A stretch of 64,000 nucleotides of DNA, taken from the NCBI GenBank assembly GCA_045531855.1, contig JAZSEU010000030.1, positions 1,412 through 65,411 of the forward strand, read 5' to 3'. A program made the position numbers and the translations under genes. The DNA comes from Acutalibacteraceae bacterium (GTDB taxonomy: Bacteria > Bacillota > Clostridia > Oscillospirales > Acutalibacteraceae). The notes below the pieces were generated by a model that worked only from the letters and a program-made list of their open reading frames with translations, had not been told where the DNA came from and did no database searches. Of the stretch, positions 16,015-24,374 are shown piece by piece; the first letter of the stretch is position 1, and each line of letters starts with the position of its first letter.

Positions 16015-16821
16015 ATGACGGGATATATGAAGCTGTACCGTTCATTGTTGGAGAACCCATTGTTTGATAATTCTGACTTGCTAAAAGTATGGATTTGGTG
16101 TTTGTTAAAAGCCTCATATCAACAACATTTTGAAATGGTTGGAAAGCAAAAAATTGAACTCTTGCCGGGACAATTTGTGTTTGGGAGAAAGAAAGCGGCA
16201 GCGGAATTAAAGCTTGGTGAGAGTCAATTTTATCGCTTAATGAAGCATTTAGAGGGCGAAAATCAAATAGTCTTAAAATCGAACAACAAATATACCCTTG
16301 TAAATGTGATAAATTGGGAGTTTTATCAAGGCTTAGAGATGCAAGTTGAACAACAAATGAACAACAAACGAACAACAAATGAACAGCAAATGAACACTAT
16401 AGAAGAAAGAAAAGAAATATATAAAGAAAATAATAATATATCATCATCGTGTATTACGCGTGTGCGCGCGTGTGAACAAATTTCGAATGACGATGTTATC
16501 GCAATGGAGGAACTGCAAAATTTGCCATTAGAAGCTCAGCTAAGATTCGATGATATTGCTGAAGAACTAATTGAAAAATATTTCCAAAGAGAATGTACCG
16601 TTAGCGATAAAGCGAAAATGTATTGGTGGTTGGAATTATTGTCAAGCAAACCTCAGATGACCGACAGTGATTTAGACCTGTTGCGTACCGCTTTTGAAAT
16701 TGCCGATGAGTCTGGCGGTATGAATTTTAAATACATAGACGGAATTTTCAATAATTGGGTAGATAACGAAATAAGAACTATTAGCGATTACCGTATTCAC
16801 GAAATAAGGAGAAGAAAATAA
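16015..16821 (+). CDS. Replisome organiser with C-terminal DnaD-like domain
   Basis: 268 aa. N-terminal winged-helix-like region. C-terminal FKYIDGIFNNWVDNEIRTISD is DnaD-domain-like. Confidence 0.65.
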   Translation: MTGYMKLYRSLLENPLFDNSDLLKVWIWCLLKASYQQHFEMVGKQKIELLPGQFVFGRKKAAAELKLGESQFYRLMKHLEGENQIVLKSNNKYTLVNVINWEFYQGLEMQVEQQMNNKRTTNEQQMNTIEERKEIYKENNNISSSCITRVRACEQISNDDVIAMEELQNLPLEAQLRFDDIAEELIEKYFQRECTVSDKAKMYWWLELLSSKPQMTDSDLDLLRTAFEIADESGGMNFKYIDGIFNNWVDNEIRTISDYRIHEIRRRK

Positions 16822-17042
16822 TGGAAGCATTATCAAGACAGTGTAAACGCATTATTGATTTTATAAACACCGAAGGCAGTATAACCGCTGCAGAGGCTAA
16901 GGACCATTTGGGGATTATGAATTTCTCTGCTCGCCTTTCAGAGCTTAAGGAACAGGGATATGTTTTTGAGATGACAAGAGAAAAAGGGCTAAATCGTTTT
17001 AACGAAAAAACCTGTTACGGAAGGTATAGGTTAGTGCAATGA
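16821..17042 (+). CDS. Small winged-helix-like protein
   Basis: 73 aa, translationally coupled on both sides. Confidence 0.5.
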   Translation: MEALSRQCKRIIDFINTEGSITAAEAKDHLGIMNFSARLSELKEQGYVFEMTREKGLNRFNEKTCYGRYRLVQ

Positions 17043-17407
17043 TAAAATTTACAATACCTATTGCTCCGATAACAAAGAAAAATCACAGTCAGATAGTTAG
17101 ACCTAAGGGGATGAATCGCCCGATTATAGTTCCGAGCAGTCAGTATAAGCAATACGAAAAGGATGCGGCTATGTTCATCCCTAAGGGTAAGCTCATATCG
17201 GTACCCGTAAATGTTAAGTGTATTTTCTATATGCCAACAAAACGGAAGTGCGATTTAACTAATCTACTTGAAGCCATAGATGATGTTATGGTGCGTTGCG
17301 GTTTACTTGAAGATGATAACTACACGATAATACATTCTCACGATGGAAGTCGGGTTATGTATTGCAAAGAAAGACCTCGGACCGAGGTTGAAATAACGGA
17401 GGTATGA
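17039..17407 (+). CDS. rusA: RusA-family Holliday junction resolvase
   Basis: 122 aa with IPIAPITKKN...DLTNLLEAIDDVMVRCGLLEDDN. Confidence 0.8.
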   Translation: MIKFTIPIAPITKKNHSQIVRPKGMNRPIIVPSSQYKQYEKDAAMFIPKGKLISVPVNVKCIFYMPTKRKCDLTNLLEAIDDVMVRCGLLEDDNYTIIHSHDGSRVMYCKERPRTEVEITEV

Positions 17408-18192
17408 GTATGAAAGCGATTTTAAAATATCCCGGAGGGAAATGGCGTATCGCTGATTGGATAATATCACATTTTCCTGAGCACAAAGTGTATTTAGAAC
17501 CTTTCTTTGGAAGTGGTGCGTATTTTTTTAATAAAACACCCTCTTATATTGAAACCATAAATGATTTGGACGGTGATATAGTTAATCTTTTTACTGTATG
17601 CAGGGAACATACAGAAGAGTTGGCTCAGCTGATAAACTTAACGCCATTTGCTCGTGATGAGTTTAAAAACTGCTATGAACGGTCCGACAATCCTATAGAG
17701 CAAGCACGCAGAACACTGGTGAGATATCATCAATCTTTTGGGACAAGTAATAGCAGTAAGAATAGTTGGCGAAATGTGCAGACTTATGGAGGACCTAGGT
17801 GTGCAACCATGTGGAATTATTTGCCCGAAATAATATGCTCTATTGCCGATAGGTTAAAAGAGGCTCAAATAGAAAATACAGATGCATTAACCCTTATAGA
17901 ACGATATAACGATAAAGACACGCTAATTTATTGCGACCCACCGTATTTAAGAAATATACGCAAAAAAAATATGTATGCTGTTGAAATGAATGATGAAAAG
18001 CATATACAGCTTCTTGATGTTCTTAAAAAAAGCAAATCAAAAATAGTCCTTTCAGGGTATGATAACGATTTATACAATCGAGTACTTAAAGATTGGTTTA
18101 CGGCCGAAAAGCAAACAACAGCACAAATGGGATTACATAGAACTGAAAAACTATGGATGAATTATAATCCAGGTATGATGATATTAGATTGA
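17404..18192 (+). CDS. dam: DNA N6-adenine methyltransferase (Dam-like, D12 class), orphan
   Basis: KYPGGKW N-terminus, FFGSGA SAM motif, DPPY catalytic motif. No cognate endonuclease gene nearby. Confidence 0.9.
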   Translation: MSMKAILKYPGGKWRIADWIISHFPEHKVYLEPFFGSGAYFFNKTPSYIETINDLDGDIVNLFTVCREHTEELAQLINLTPFARDEFKNCYERSDNPIEQARRTLVRYHQSFGTSNSSKNSWRNVQTYGGPRCATMWNYLPEIICSIADRLKEAQIENTDALTLIERYNDKDTLIYCDPPYLRNIRKKNMYAVEMNDEKHIQLLDVLKKSKSKIVLSGYDNDLYNRVLKDWFTAEKQTTAQMGLHRTEKLWMNYNPGMMILD

Positions 18193-18215
18193 GTTTGAAT
18201 TTTTAGGAGTGGAAT

Positions 18216-18512
18216 ATGAAGAATTACGAACGAATTAAAATTATGAGTATAGAAGAAATGGCTGAGGTTCTTTATCGTGCAAACGATGATATATGCTTTC
18301 ATAATTGCACTCAAGATACTGGAAATAAATTTGAATGTTCTTTTGGCGATAATCTTAAGCCTGAACATTGTTTATCTTGTGTGAAGAGATGGCTATTAAG
18401 TGAACCAAAGGAATGTTCAACCTGCACTTATTACAACACTTCCCGAGAAGACCAACCTTGTTGTAATTGTAACGGTGAGAACTATGAAAAAAGAGAGGTT
18501 GAGGGAGAATGA
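18216..18512 (+). CDS. Hypothetical Cys-rich protein
   Basis: 98 aa with several Cys pairs (CLSC, CSTC, CCNC). Confidence 0.5.
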   Translation: MKNYERIKIMSIEEMAEVLYRANDDICFHNCTQDTGNKFECSFGDNLKPEHCLSCVKRWLLSEPKECSTCTYYNTSREDQPCCNCNGENYEKREVEGE

Positions 18513-18796
18513 CACTTGATAGAATGAAATTGTCTGCACAAACAGTAAGAGATAATATAGCAATTATGGAAGAATGCGAAGAACCTGACGATGCAGGTTA
18601 TTATTTTCAATTAGAACACGAAAAATTTGTCCTTGCGTGTATTGAAAAGCAGATACCGAAAAAGGTTAATATTTCGCTTAAAGGTACAACAGGTTGGAAT
18701 ACAAAATGTCATTGTGCTAATTGCCGTGCTTTCATTTCAAACGGAAAATATTGTTCTGAGTGCGGTCAAGCATTAGATTGGAGTGATACCGAATGA
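18509..18796 (+). CDS. Hypothetical protein with C-terminal zinc ribbon
   Basis: 95 aa with CHCANC...CSEC. Confidence 0.5.
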   Translation: MTLDRMKLSAQTVRDNIAIMEECEEPDDAGYYFQLEHEKFVLACIEKQIPKKVNISLKGTTGWNTKCHCANCRAFISNGKYCSECGQALDWSDTE

Positions 18797-19428
18797 CCGA
18801 TAGAGATAGGCTGATAGAGTTATTGCAAGGTGCAAGGAATAAATATATTAACTTATTGCCATTTGAAAAAGAACTAATTACCGACCACCTTTTAGCAAAC
18901 GGTGTTATAGTACCGAAAAAAGTAAAAGGTTATACCGATTATTTTATTGATGAGTATGGAAATGTTTATAGTCTTAAAACCCATAAATATTTAAGTCAAG
19001 AAAAAGGCAAAGATGGTTATTATTATGTTCAACTTTGTGAAAATGGGAAAAGGAAAAGATTATCGGTGCATAGATTGGTTGCCGAAGCTTTTATTGAAAA
19101 TCCTTGCAATTTGCCTATGGTAAATCACAAAGACGAAAACCGAGAAAATAACGAGGTAAATAATCTTGAATGGTGTACCGAGAAATACAACACCAATTAT
19201 GGTAATGCAAGAGTAAAACAGGCAAAAGCCGTAAGTAAAGCCGTTGTTTGTATTGAAACAGGCGAGGTGTTTTCTTCTCAAAAAGAAGCAGGGCAAATTA
19301 AAGGTATTGCACATCAACATATTTGTGATTGTTGCAAAGGCAAAAAGCAAACTTGCGGTGGGTATCGTTGGCGGTATGCCACCAAAGAGGAAGCAGAAGC
19401 AAAGTTAAATGAGCATAACAATGGCTGA
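18793..19428 (+). CDS. HNH homing-type endonuclease (NUMOD4-like N-terminus plus HNH_3)
   Basis: IDEYGNVYS and NHKDENRENNEVNNLEW motifs. Confidence 0.8.
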   Translation: MTDRDRLIELLQGARNKYINLLPFEKELITDHLLANGVIVPKKVKGYTDYFIDEYGNVYSLKTHKYLSQEKGKDGYYYVQLCENGKRKRLSVHRLVAEAFIENPCNLPMVNHKDENRENNEVNNLEWCTEKYNTNYGNARVKQAKAVSKAVVCIETGEVFSSQKEAGQIKGIAHQHICDCCKGKKQTCGGYRWRYATKEEAEAKLNEHNNG

Positions 19429-19726
19429 ATACATAGAGCGTGAAGCATTGATTGAAAAACTGAATGAAGTACCTGCTTACTTTGATAGTGGTGATATACG
19501 ATACGGAACAGACATCGCAATACAACAAGTAATAGAACAACCTACTGCTGATGTGGTTAAGGTTGTAAGGTGTAAGGATTGTAAGTACGCCAAATTAGAT
19601 TTAATGGAAAAAGGATTAGTAGTTTGCAGAAGACCTGTATTAAAAAACGGTCAACTATTACCATTTAATTGGGAAACCAAGTACACCGATTTTTGCAGTT
19701 ACGGAGAGTTAAAGGAGCGTGAGTAA
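19409..19726 (+). CDS. Hypothetical protein
   Basis: 105-aa ORF, same strand, overlaps the upstream gene end. Confidence 0.5.
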   Translation: MSITMAEYIEREALIEKLNEVPAYFDSGDIRYGTDIAIQQVIEQPTADVVKVVRCKDCKYAKLDLMEKGLVVCRRPVLKNGQLLPFNWETKYTDFCSYGELKERE

Positions 19727-19751
19727 GTTGTTATCACGAATAGCAAGTGAT

Positions 19752-19871
19752 ATGAGATACACTATGAAAATGATGAGAGATATAGAGCGGTGGCAAAATC
19801 AAGGTAGTGTATTCTATCAACCTAAACGAAAACACCCAAAAAAGCAAAGAAGAAAGAATAAAAGGAAGTGA
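19752..19871 (+). CDS. Possible 39-aa highly basic micro-protein
   Basis: ORF MRYTMKMMRDIERWQNQGSVFYQPKRKHPKKQRRKNKRK fills an otherwise empty plus-strand gap. Below the ORF-track size cutoff. Confidence 0.3.
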   Translation: MRYTMKMMRDIERWQNQGSVFYQPKRKHPKKQRRKNKRK

Positions 19872-19876
19872 ACAAA

Positions 19877-20245
19877 ATGCCCGATAAACTACCCGATAGC
19901 GAGATTGTAAAGGCTTTGAAAATATGCAGCACTTATAAAGGCAAATGTACCGATTGCCCTGCCTTTGTAAAGGTTGACCGTTCAAATTGCAAAAAGGTGC
20001 TTTTGGGTGCGGTAGAAATAATTAACCGCCAAAAAGCAGATTTAATTGATAAAGAGAAACAATTACAAGAAGCCCTGAAAAGTATGGCGGTAAACAAAAC
20101 AAAGGTAATTGATTGTGAAAAAGAAATCGCCCGCCTACAAGCAAGAATTGACGATTTAGAAAGAAACGATTTGCCGAGATGTAAGGACGCTTTAAGACGA
20201 GCAAATGAAATTGGTGTTGAACTACAAGCAGAGATTGAGAGGTGA
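19877..20245 (+). CDS. Hypothetical coiled-coil protein
   Basis: ATG 19877 after AAAGGAAG is preferred over GTG 19868. The C-terminal half is heptad-like. Confidence 0.5.
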   Translation: MPDKLPDSEIVKALKICSTYKGKCTDCPAFVKVDRSNCKKVLLGAVEIINRQKADLIDKEKQLQEALKSMAVNKTKVIDCEKEIARLQARIDDLERNDLPRCKDALRRANEIGVELQAEIER

Positions 20246-20253
20246 GAAGGGAT

Positions 20254-20508
20254 ATGATGGTTAAGGATTTGGAAAAATATCAGAAGCTTCTGAAGGAAGA
20301 TAAAGCAGTTAGGGATAAGGCACAAAAAGAACTTAGAAAGCTTAACCGCTTTATCATTTCTTGCCCTGACCCCGTTATCCGTTCAATAATTATCAATCGA
20401 TACATAAAGGGCTTAAGTTGGACTGCTGTGGCAATGAAAATAGGCGGCAATGTTACTGATGACAACTGCCGAAAAATGCTTACAAGATATCTGATGAAGA
20501 AGAAATAA
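20254..20508 (+). CDS. Small sigma-70 region-4-like HTH protein, candidate late-gene activator
   Basis: RSIIINRYIKGLSWTAVAMKIGGNVTDDNCRKMLTRYL resembles a region 4 HTH. It is the last gene before the packaging module. Confidence 0.55.
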   Translation: MMVKDLEKYQKLLKEDKAVRDKAQKELRKLNRFIISCPDPVIRSIIINRYIKGLSWTAVAMKIGGNVTDDNCRKMLTRYLMKKK

Positions 20509-20522
20509 CATTTACAGGAAAG

Positions 20523-20550
20523 ACGCTCATTTGGGCGTTTTTTCTTTTTT
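20523..20550 (+). terminator. Candidate terminator at the early/late boundary
   Basis: acgctc (20523-20528) pairs with gggcgt (20533-20538) including one G-U pair, followed by TTTTTTCTTTTTT. Confidence 0.45.
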
Positions 20551-20555
20551 GAAAA

Positions 20556-20590
20556 TTTGTCCGTTTTTTGAAAGTTAGTGCCGTTATAAT
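20556..20590 (+). promoter_or_regulatory. Late promoter candidate A (TTTGTCCGTTT motif plus -10)
   Basis: TTTGTCCGTTT (20556-20566), 18 nt, TATAAT (20585-20590). Upstream of terS. Confidence 0.55.
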
Positions 20591-20615
20591 TTCAATATCA
20601 GAAGGAGGCGAGAAG

Positions 20616-20969
20616 ATGGCTAATGAGCAAAATTTAATACCGGGTGGATATATTCCAACTAAAGAAGAAGCCTCGAAAGGCGGCAAGGCATCAGGTAGGA
20701 CAAGAAGGCTGCAAGGTGCTATAAAGAAAGCCCTTGAAGCTAAAGCCTCTTCAGCCGAGTTTGCGGAAATCTTTGAGCAGTTCGGTATTGAAGAACAAAA
20801 TAAAGATTATGCAATGGTAATCGCCTGTGCACTTGTCGGGAAAGCGGCGAAGGGCGATTTATCTGCTGCCGGATTTATTAGAGATACCATTGGCGAAAAG
20901 CCGAAAGAGGAAATTGACTTGAACGGAGGCGTGGTGATAGTTGATGACATCACCAATCCGATTAAGTGA
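20616..20969 (+). CDS. Terminase small subunit candidate
   Basis: Start MANEQNL at 20616 after GGAGG. 117-aa basic protein immediately upstream of terL and overlapping it. The call rests on position. Confidence 0.5.
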   Translation: MANEQNLIPGGYIPTKEEASKGGKASGRTRRLQGAIKKALEAKASSAEFAEIFEQFGIEEQNKDYAMVIACALVGKAAKGDLSAAGFIRDTIGEKPKEEIDLNGGVVIVDDITNPIK

Positions 20970-22272
20970 TATAGTCGGTGGTGGGTATGATGCTTTCTGG
21001 AACAGCCGAAAAAGATATAGAGTTTTAAAGGGTGGCAAGGGCAGTAAGAAATCAACCACCACTGCACTTAATTTGATATACCGCCTGATGAAATACCCTG
21101 AGAGTAATATTCTTGTTGTTAGAGCGGTTATGAACACTCACAGAGACTCAACCTTTGCACAACTTAAATGGGCTCAGGAAAAGCTCGGAGTTTCGCATTT
21201 ATTCAGAAACAATGTTTCACCTTTAGAAATTACTTATTTACCAACAGGACAAAAGATATTATTCAGAGGTTTTGACGATGTTTTAAAACTTGCTTCAACA
21301 ACTGTTGAAAAAGGTTATCTATGCTGGGTTTGGATAGAAGAGGCTTATGAAATCGAAAGCAAAGTTGATTTTGAAAAGCTTGACTTGTCCGTTCCGAGAG
21401 GCAACATACCCGATTATCTATTCAAGCAAACAACCCTTACCTTTAACCCATGGAGCGATAGGCATTGGCTTAAAAAGAGGTTTTTTGATGAGGAGCGCGA
21501 GGACTCCGATTCATTCTCGACTAATTATCTGATTAACGAGTTCCTCGATAAAACTGATATACAAGTCTTCGAGAGGATGAAGGATGAAAACCCGAGAAGA
21601 TATGCAGTTGCGGGACTTGGTGAATGGGGAATTGCCGAAGGGTTGGTTTTCGAGAATTGGGAAGTTAAAGAGTTTGATATAAAAGGTCTTGGAACCGAAG
21701 ACAACGCTGAATGGCAATATAAACACTTCTTTGGACTTGATTACGGGTATACGAATGACCCTACAGCTTTTGTTGCGTTTGTGGCTAACCCAATAGAAAA
21801 AACAGTTTATATTTACGATGAGCATTACGAGAGGAAAATGCTTAACACCGATATAGCCGATATGATAAAGAATAAAGGCTTTGCAAAAGAAAGGATAAGA
21901 GCCGATGCGGCCGAACCTAAATCAAACGATGATTTAAGAAGGCTTGGAATTAGCAGAATAATGCCCTCGGTTAAGGGAAGAGACAGTATCGTTAACGGGA
22001 TAGCAAAGCTTCAGGAATATAAAATCTTTGTTTTGCCTAAATGTCAGAATATGATTACTGAGTTATCAAGCTATTGCTGGAAAAAGGACAGGCAAAATGA
22101 TAACTCACTTAACGAGCCTGAGGATAGGAACAACCATTTGTGTGATGCTTTAAGGTATGCTTTTGAGGATGTTAAGTTCTTTCATCCTGAAGACCCGAAG
22201 ATTAAAAGAAGAGTATCGCCGGGAGCGAGATATAGTATTACACAAGAAGACTTCAAGGAAGGATGGGAATAG
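20944..22272 (+). CDS. terL: Terminase large subunit (PBSX/Terminase_3-like)
   Basis: Walker A-like LKGGKGSKKSTT. C-terminal nuclease region with conserved acidic residues. Size is typical. Confidence 0.88.
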   Translation: MTSPIRLSDIVGGGYDAFWNSRKRYRVLKGGKGSKKSTTTALNLIYRLMKYPESNILVVRAVMNTHRDSTFAQLKWAQEKLGVSHLFRNNVSPLEITYLPTGQKILFRGFDDVLKLASTTVEKGYLCWVWIEEAYEIESKVDFEKLDLSVPRGNIPDYLFKQTTLTFNPWSDRHWLKKRFFDEEREDSDSFSTNYLINEFLDKTDIQVFERMKDENPRRYAVAGLGEWGIAEGLVFENWEVKEFDIKGLGTEDNAEWQYKHFFGLDYGYTNDPTAFVAFVANPIEKTVYIYDEHYERKMLNTDIADMIKNKGFAKERIRADAAEPKSNDDLRRLGISRIMPSVKGRDSIVNGIAKLQEYKIFVLPKCQNMITELSSYCWKKDRQNDNSLNEPEDRNNHLCDALRYAFEDVKFFHPEDPKIKRRVSPGARYSITQEDFKEGWE

Positions 22273-22273
22273 G

Positions 22274-22477
22274 ATGAAACTTATACTGCTTATTTTATTT
22301 ATTATTATTTTATGCCTGCTTTTCTTTTTAGGCGGTTTTTTGGTTGCGGTAACAAAAGGTATTGCCATTAAAAGAATGGAAGAGCCTGAGCTTTCCGAGG
22401 AAGAGAAACGCAAAAGGGAAAAGGCAAAAAGGGAATATGAGAATTTTTTGAGATATGACGGAAGTCTACAAAGCTAA
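22274..22477 (+). CDS. Small membrane protein
   Basis: MKLILLILFIIILCLLFFLGGFLVAV followed by a charged tail. ATG lies 1 nt after the terL stop. Confidence 0.5.
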   Translation: MKLILLILFIIILCLLFFLGGFLVAVTKGIAIKRMEEPELSEEEKRKREKAKREYENFLRYDGSLQS

Positions 22478-22541
22478 TTAGACCGATTAAAAGGTTTGAT
22501 TTTATATAATCTCCCATACCATAGGGAGAAAGGAGTATTTT

Positions 22542-23330
22542 ATGAAAGAAATGGAAACAATGGGAACTTTGGAAGAGGAAACCATACCGAATTCAGAGGA
22601 AACGAGCGAGACAGCAGAAACAGAGCAGACCGAAACCTCACCACAGGGAGAGGAAAGCAAAGAGGAGCAGTCAGAAGAAGCGGTTAACCCCGAGGGAAGC
22701 GAAGACATCGAGTTTTTGGAAGTTAAGTTCAACAAAGAGCAGAAGAGTCTTAATCGTGATGAGGCTATTAAATATGCTCAAATGGGTATGAATTACGAAA
22801 GGTTTGAGCCTTTGATTTCAAAGCTTGATTACCTTGCGGCAATAAACGGAGTTACACGTGAACAGTTTGTTGAGGCACAGCTTAAGGCTCAAGAAGATGC
22901 CGAGAGACAAAGCTTAATCGAACGTTTCGGTAATGATGAGGAAGTCATTAAGGATATGATGGAATTTTCAAAACAGAAGCACCGTAAAGCTTATGATGAA
23001 ATGCTTGCCCGACAAAAAGCAGATGAAGAGTCTGCAGAAGAAACCGAACAAGCAAGAATAGCGAAGGAATTTACCGAGCTTTGCGAAGAGTTCCCCGAGC
23101 TTGCTGAAAAAGGTTTCAAAGGATTGCCTAAGCAGGTTAAACAAGCGAGTTTTAACGGCGAAAAGCTGTTTAATGCTTATCTTCAGCACCTGCATAGAGA
23201 ATCAAAGAACATAGCCGCTGCTCAAAAACAAGCGGAAGAGGCGGCAAAGAAATCGGCAGGTTCAATGGAATCGCAAGGAACGAATGAGTCTATAGGCGAT
23301 GCATTCCTGAACGGTTTATTTAAAAAATAA
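22542..23330 (+). CDS. Scaffolding protein candidate
   Basis: 262 aa, very acidic, predicted helical, directly upstream of the capsid gene. Confidence 0.55.
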   Translation: MKEMETMGTLEEETIPNSEETSETAETEQTETSPQGEESKEEQSEEAVNPEGSEDIEFLEVKFNKEQKSLNRDEAIKYAQMGMNYERFEPLISKLDYLAAINGVTREQFVEAQLKAQEDAERQSLIERFGNDEEVIKDMMEFSKQKHRKAYDEMLARQKADEESAEETEQARIAKEFTELCEEFPELAEKGFKGLPKQVKQASFNGEKLFNAYLQHLHRESKNIAAAQKQAEEAAKKSAGSMESQGTNESIGDAFLNGLFKK

Positions 23331-23355
23331 TTTATAAAGAAAAAGGAGAAAGAAA

Positions 23356-24261
23356 ATGTCTATCAATTCTATTTCAACTGCTACAAAGTATTCGGACGCT
23401 TTGGACCAGGTATTTATGCAGAAGTCCGTAACTTCATTTTTTAAGGATAATGCACTCGGAACAAAGTTTGTAGGTGCTAAGACTGTAATGATTCCCGATG
23501 TTGATTTTGCAGGTCTTGTTGACTATGACAAAGACACAGGCTTTGCAAGAGGAACAATTACTGTTAACCATGAGTCTTACACTCTCAGTATGGACCGTGC
23601 ACGTTCAATTATGATTGACCGAGAGGATATGGATGAGACCGGTATTGCAAATCTTGCAGGTAAGGTTCTCGGCGAATATGTTAGAACTAAAGTTGTTCCC
23701 GAGTGTGATGCTTATGTTATTCATAAAATCTTCGGTTATGCTACTGCAAAGAATAACGCTGAGGTTTATGAAGCCGGCAAGGAACTTTCACAGCTTACCG
23801 CTGCGATTAACGGTGTTCGTAAAGTTGTTGGTTACGATGAGGAGCTTGTTGCTTTTGTTGAGAGCGATTTCTATGCGGCTCTTGAGAACTCTCCTGAGAT
23901 TTCTCGCCATATCACCGTTTCAGATTTTAAGAAGGGCGAAATCAACACTAAGGTTAAATATATTAACGGTGTTGCTCTCATCCCCGTTGTTCCTGAGAGA
24001 ATGAAGAGCGATTATACCTTTGTTAAGAACGGCGAGGCTGCTGAGGGCGGTTTCACTGCTACAGAAGGAGCAAAGGATATTAAGCTTATAGTTGTTCCTA
24101 AGAGCGGTGCTCACCTCGTTCAGAAGAGCGAGAAAATGAGAGTGTTTACTCCCGAGCAGAACCTTGATGCTGATGCTTATAAGTTTGATTACAGAACTTA
24201 TTACGATGTATTTGTTAAGAAGAGCGGCGAGAATGCTATTCAGGCCGTATATGCTGAATAA
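23356..24261 (+). CDS. Major capsid protein candidate
   Basis: 301 aa, strong RBS, follows the scaffold gene and is followed by a strong terminator (pattern of a highly expressed gene). Confidence 0.6.
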   Translation: MSINSISTATKYSDALDQVFMQKSVTSFFKDNALGTKFVGAKTVMIPDVDFAGLVDYDKDTGFARGTITVNHESYTLSMDRARSIMIDREDMDETGIANLAGKVLGEYVRTKVVPECDAYVIHKIFGYATAKNNAEVYEAGKELSQLTAAINGVRKVVGYDEELVAFVESDFYAALENSPEISRHITVSDFKKGEINTKVKYINGVALIPVVPERMKSDYTFVKNGEAAEGGFTATEGAKDIKLIVVPKSGAHLVQKSEKMRVFTPEQNLDADAYKFDYRTYYDVFVKKSGENAIQAVYAE

Positions 24262-24271
24262 GATAAAAAAT

Positions 24272-24306
24272 AAAAACTGCAATCTTTAAGGGGTTGCAGT
24301 TTTTTA
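24272..24306 (+). terminator. Rho-independent terminator after the capsid gene
   Basis: actgcaa (24276-24282) pairs with ttgcagt (24294-24300), flanked by an A-run and a T-run. Confidence 0.75.
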
Positions 24307-24307
24307 A

Positions 24308-24342
24308 TTTGTCCGTTTATAAGAAGTTAATCGCTCTAAAAT
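24308..24342 (+). promoter_or_regulatory. Late promoter candidate B
   Basis: TTTGTCCGTTT (24308-24318), 18 nt, TAAAAT (24337-24342). Upstream of the portal gene. Confidence 0.5.
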
Positions 24343-24374
24343 CTAATTATAAAATACCGAAAAGGAGTATACAA

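Noticed and set aside
19734-19985. 83-aa minus-strand ORF between plus-strand early genes
   Set aside because: It has no RBS and overlaps the start of the plus-strand 19877-20245 gene. The interval is better filled by a plus-strand 39-codon ORF. It is the only minus-strand call in a long co-directional block.
22496-22735. ORFs 22496-22687 (+) and 22502-22735 (-) at the scaffold gene start
   Set aside because: They overlap the well-supported 22542-23330 ORF, which has a GGAG-type RBS. Their Arg/Gly-rich and Ser-rich translations are frame shadows of the acidic E/S-rich N-terminus.
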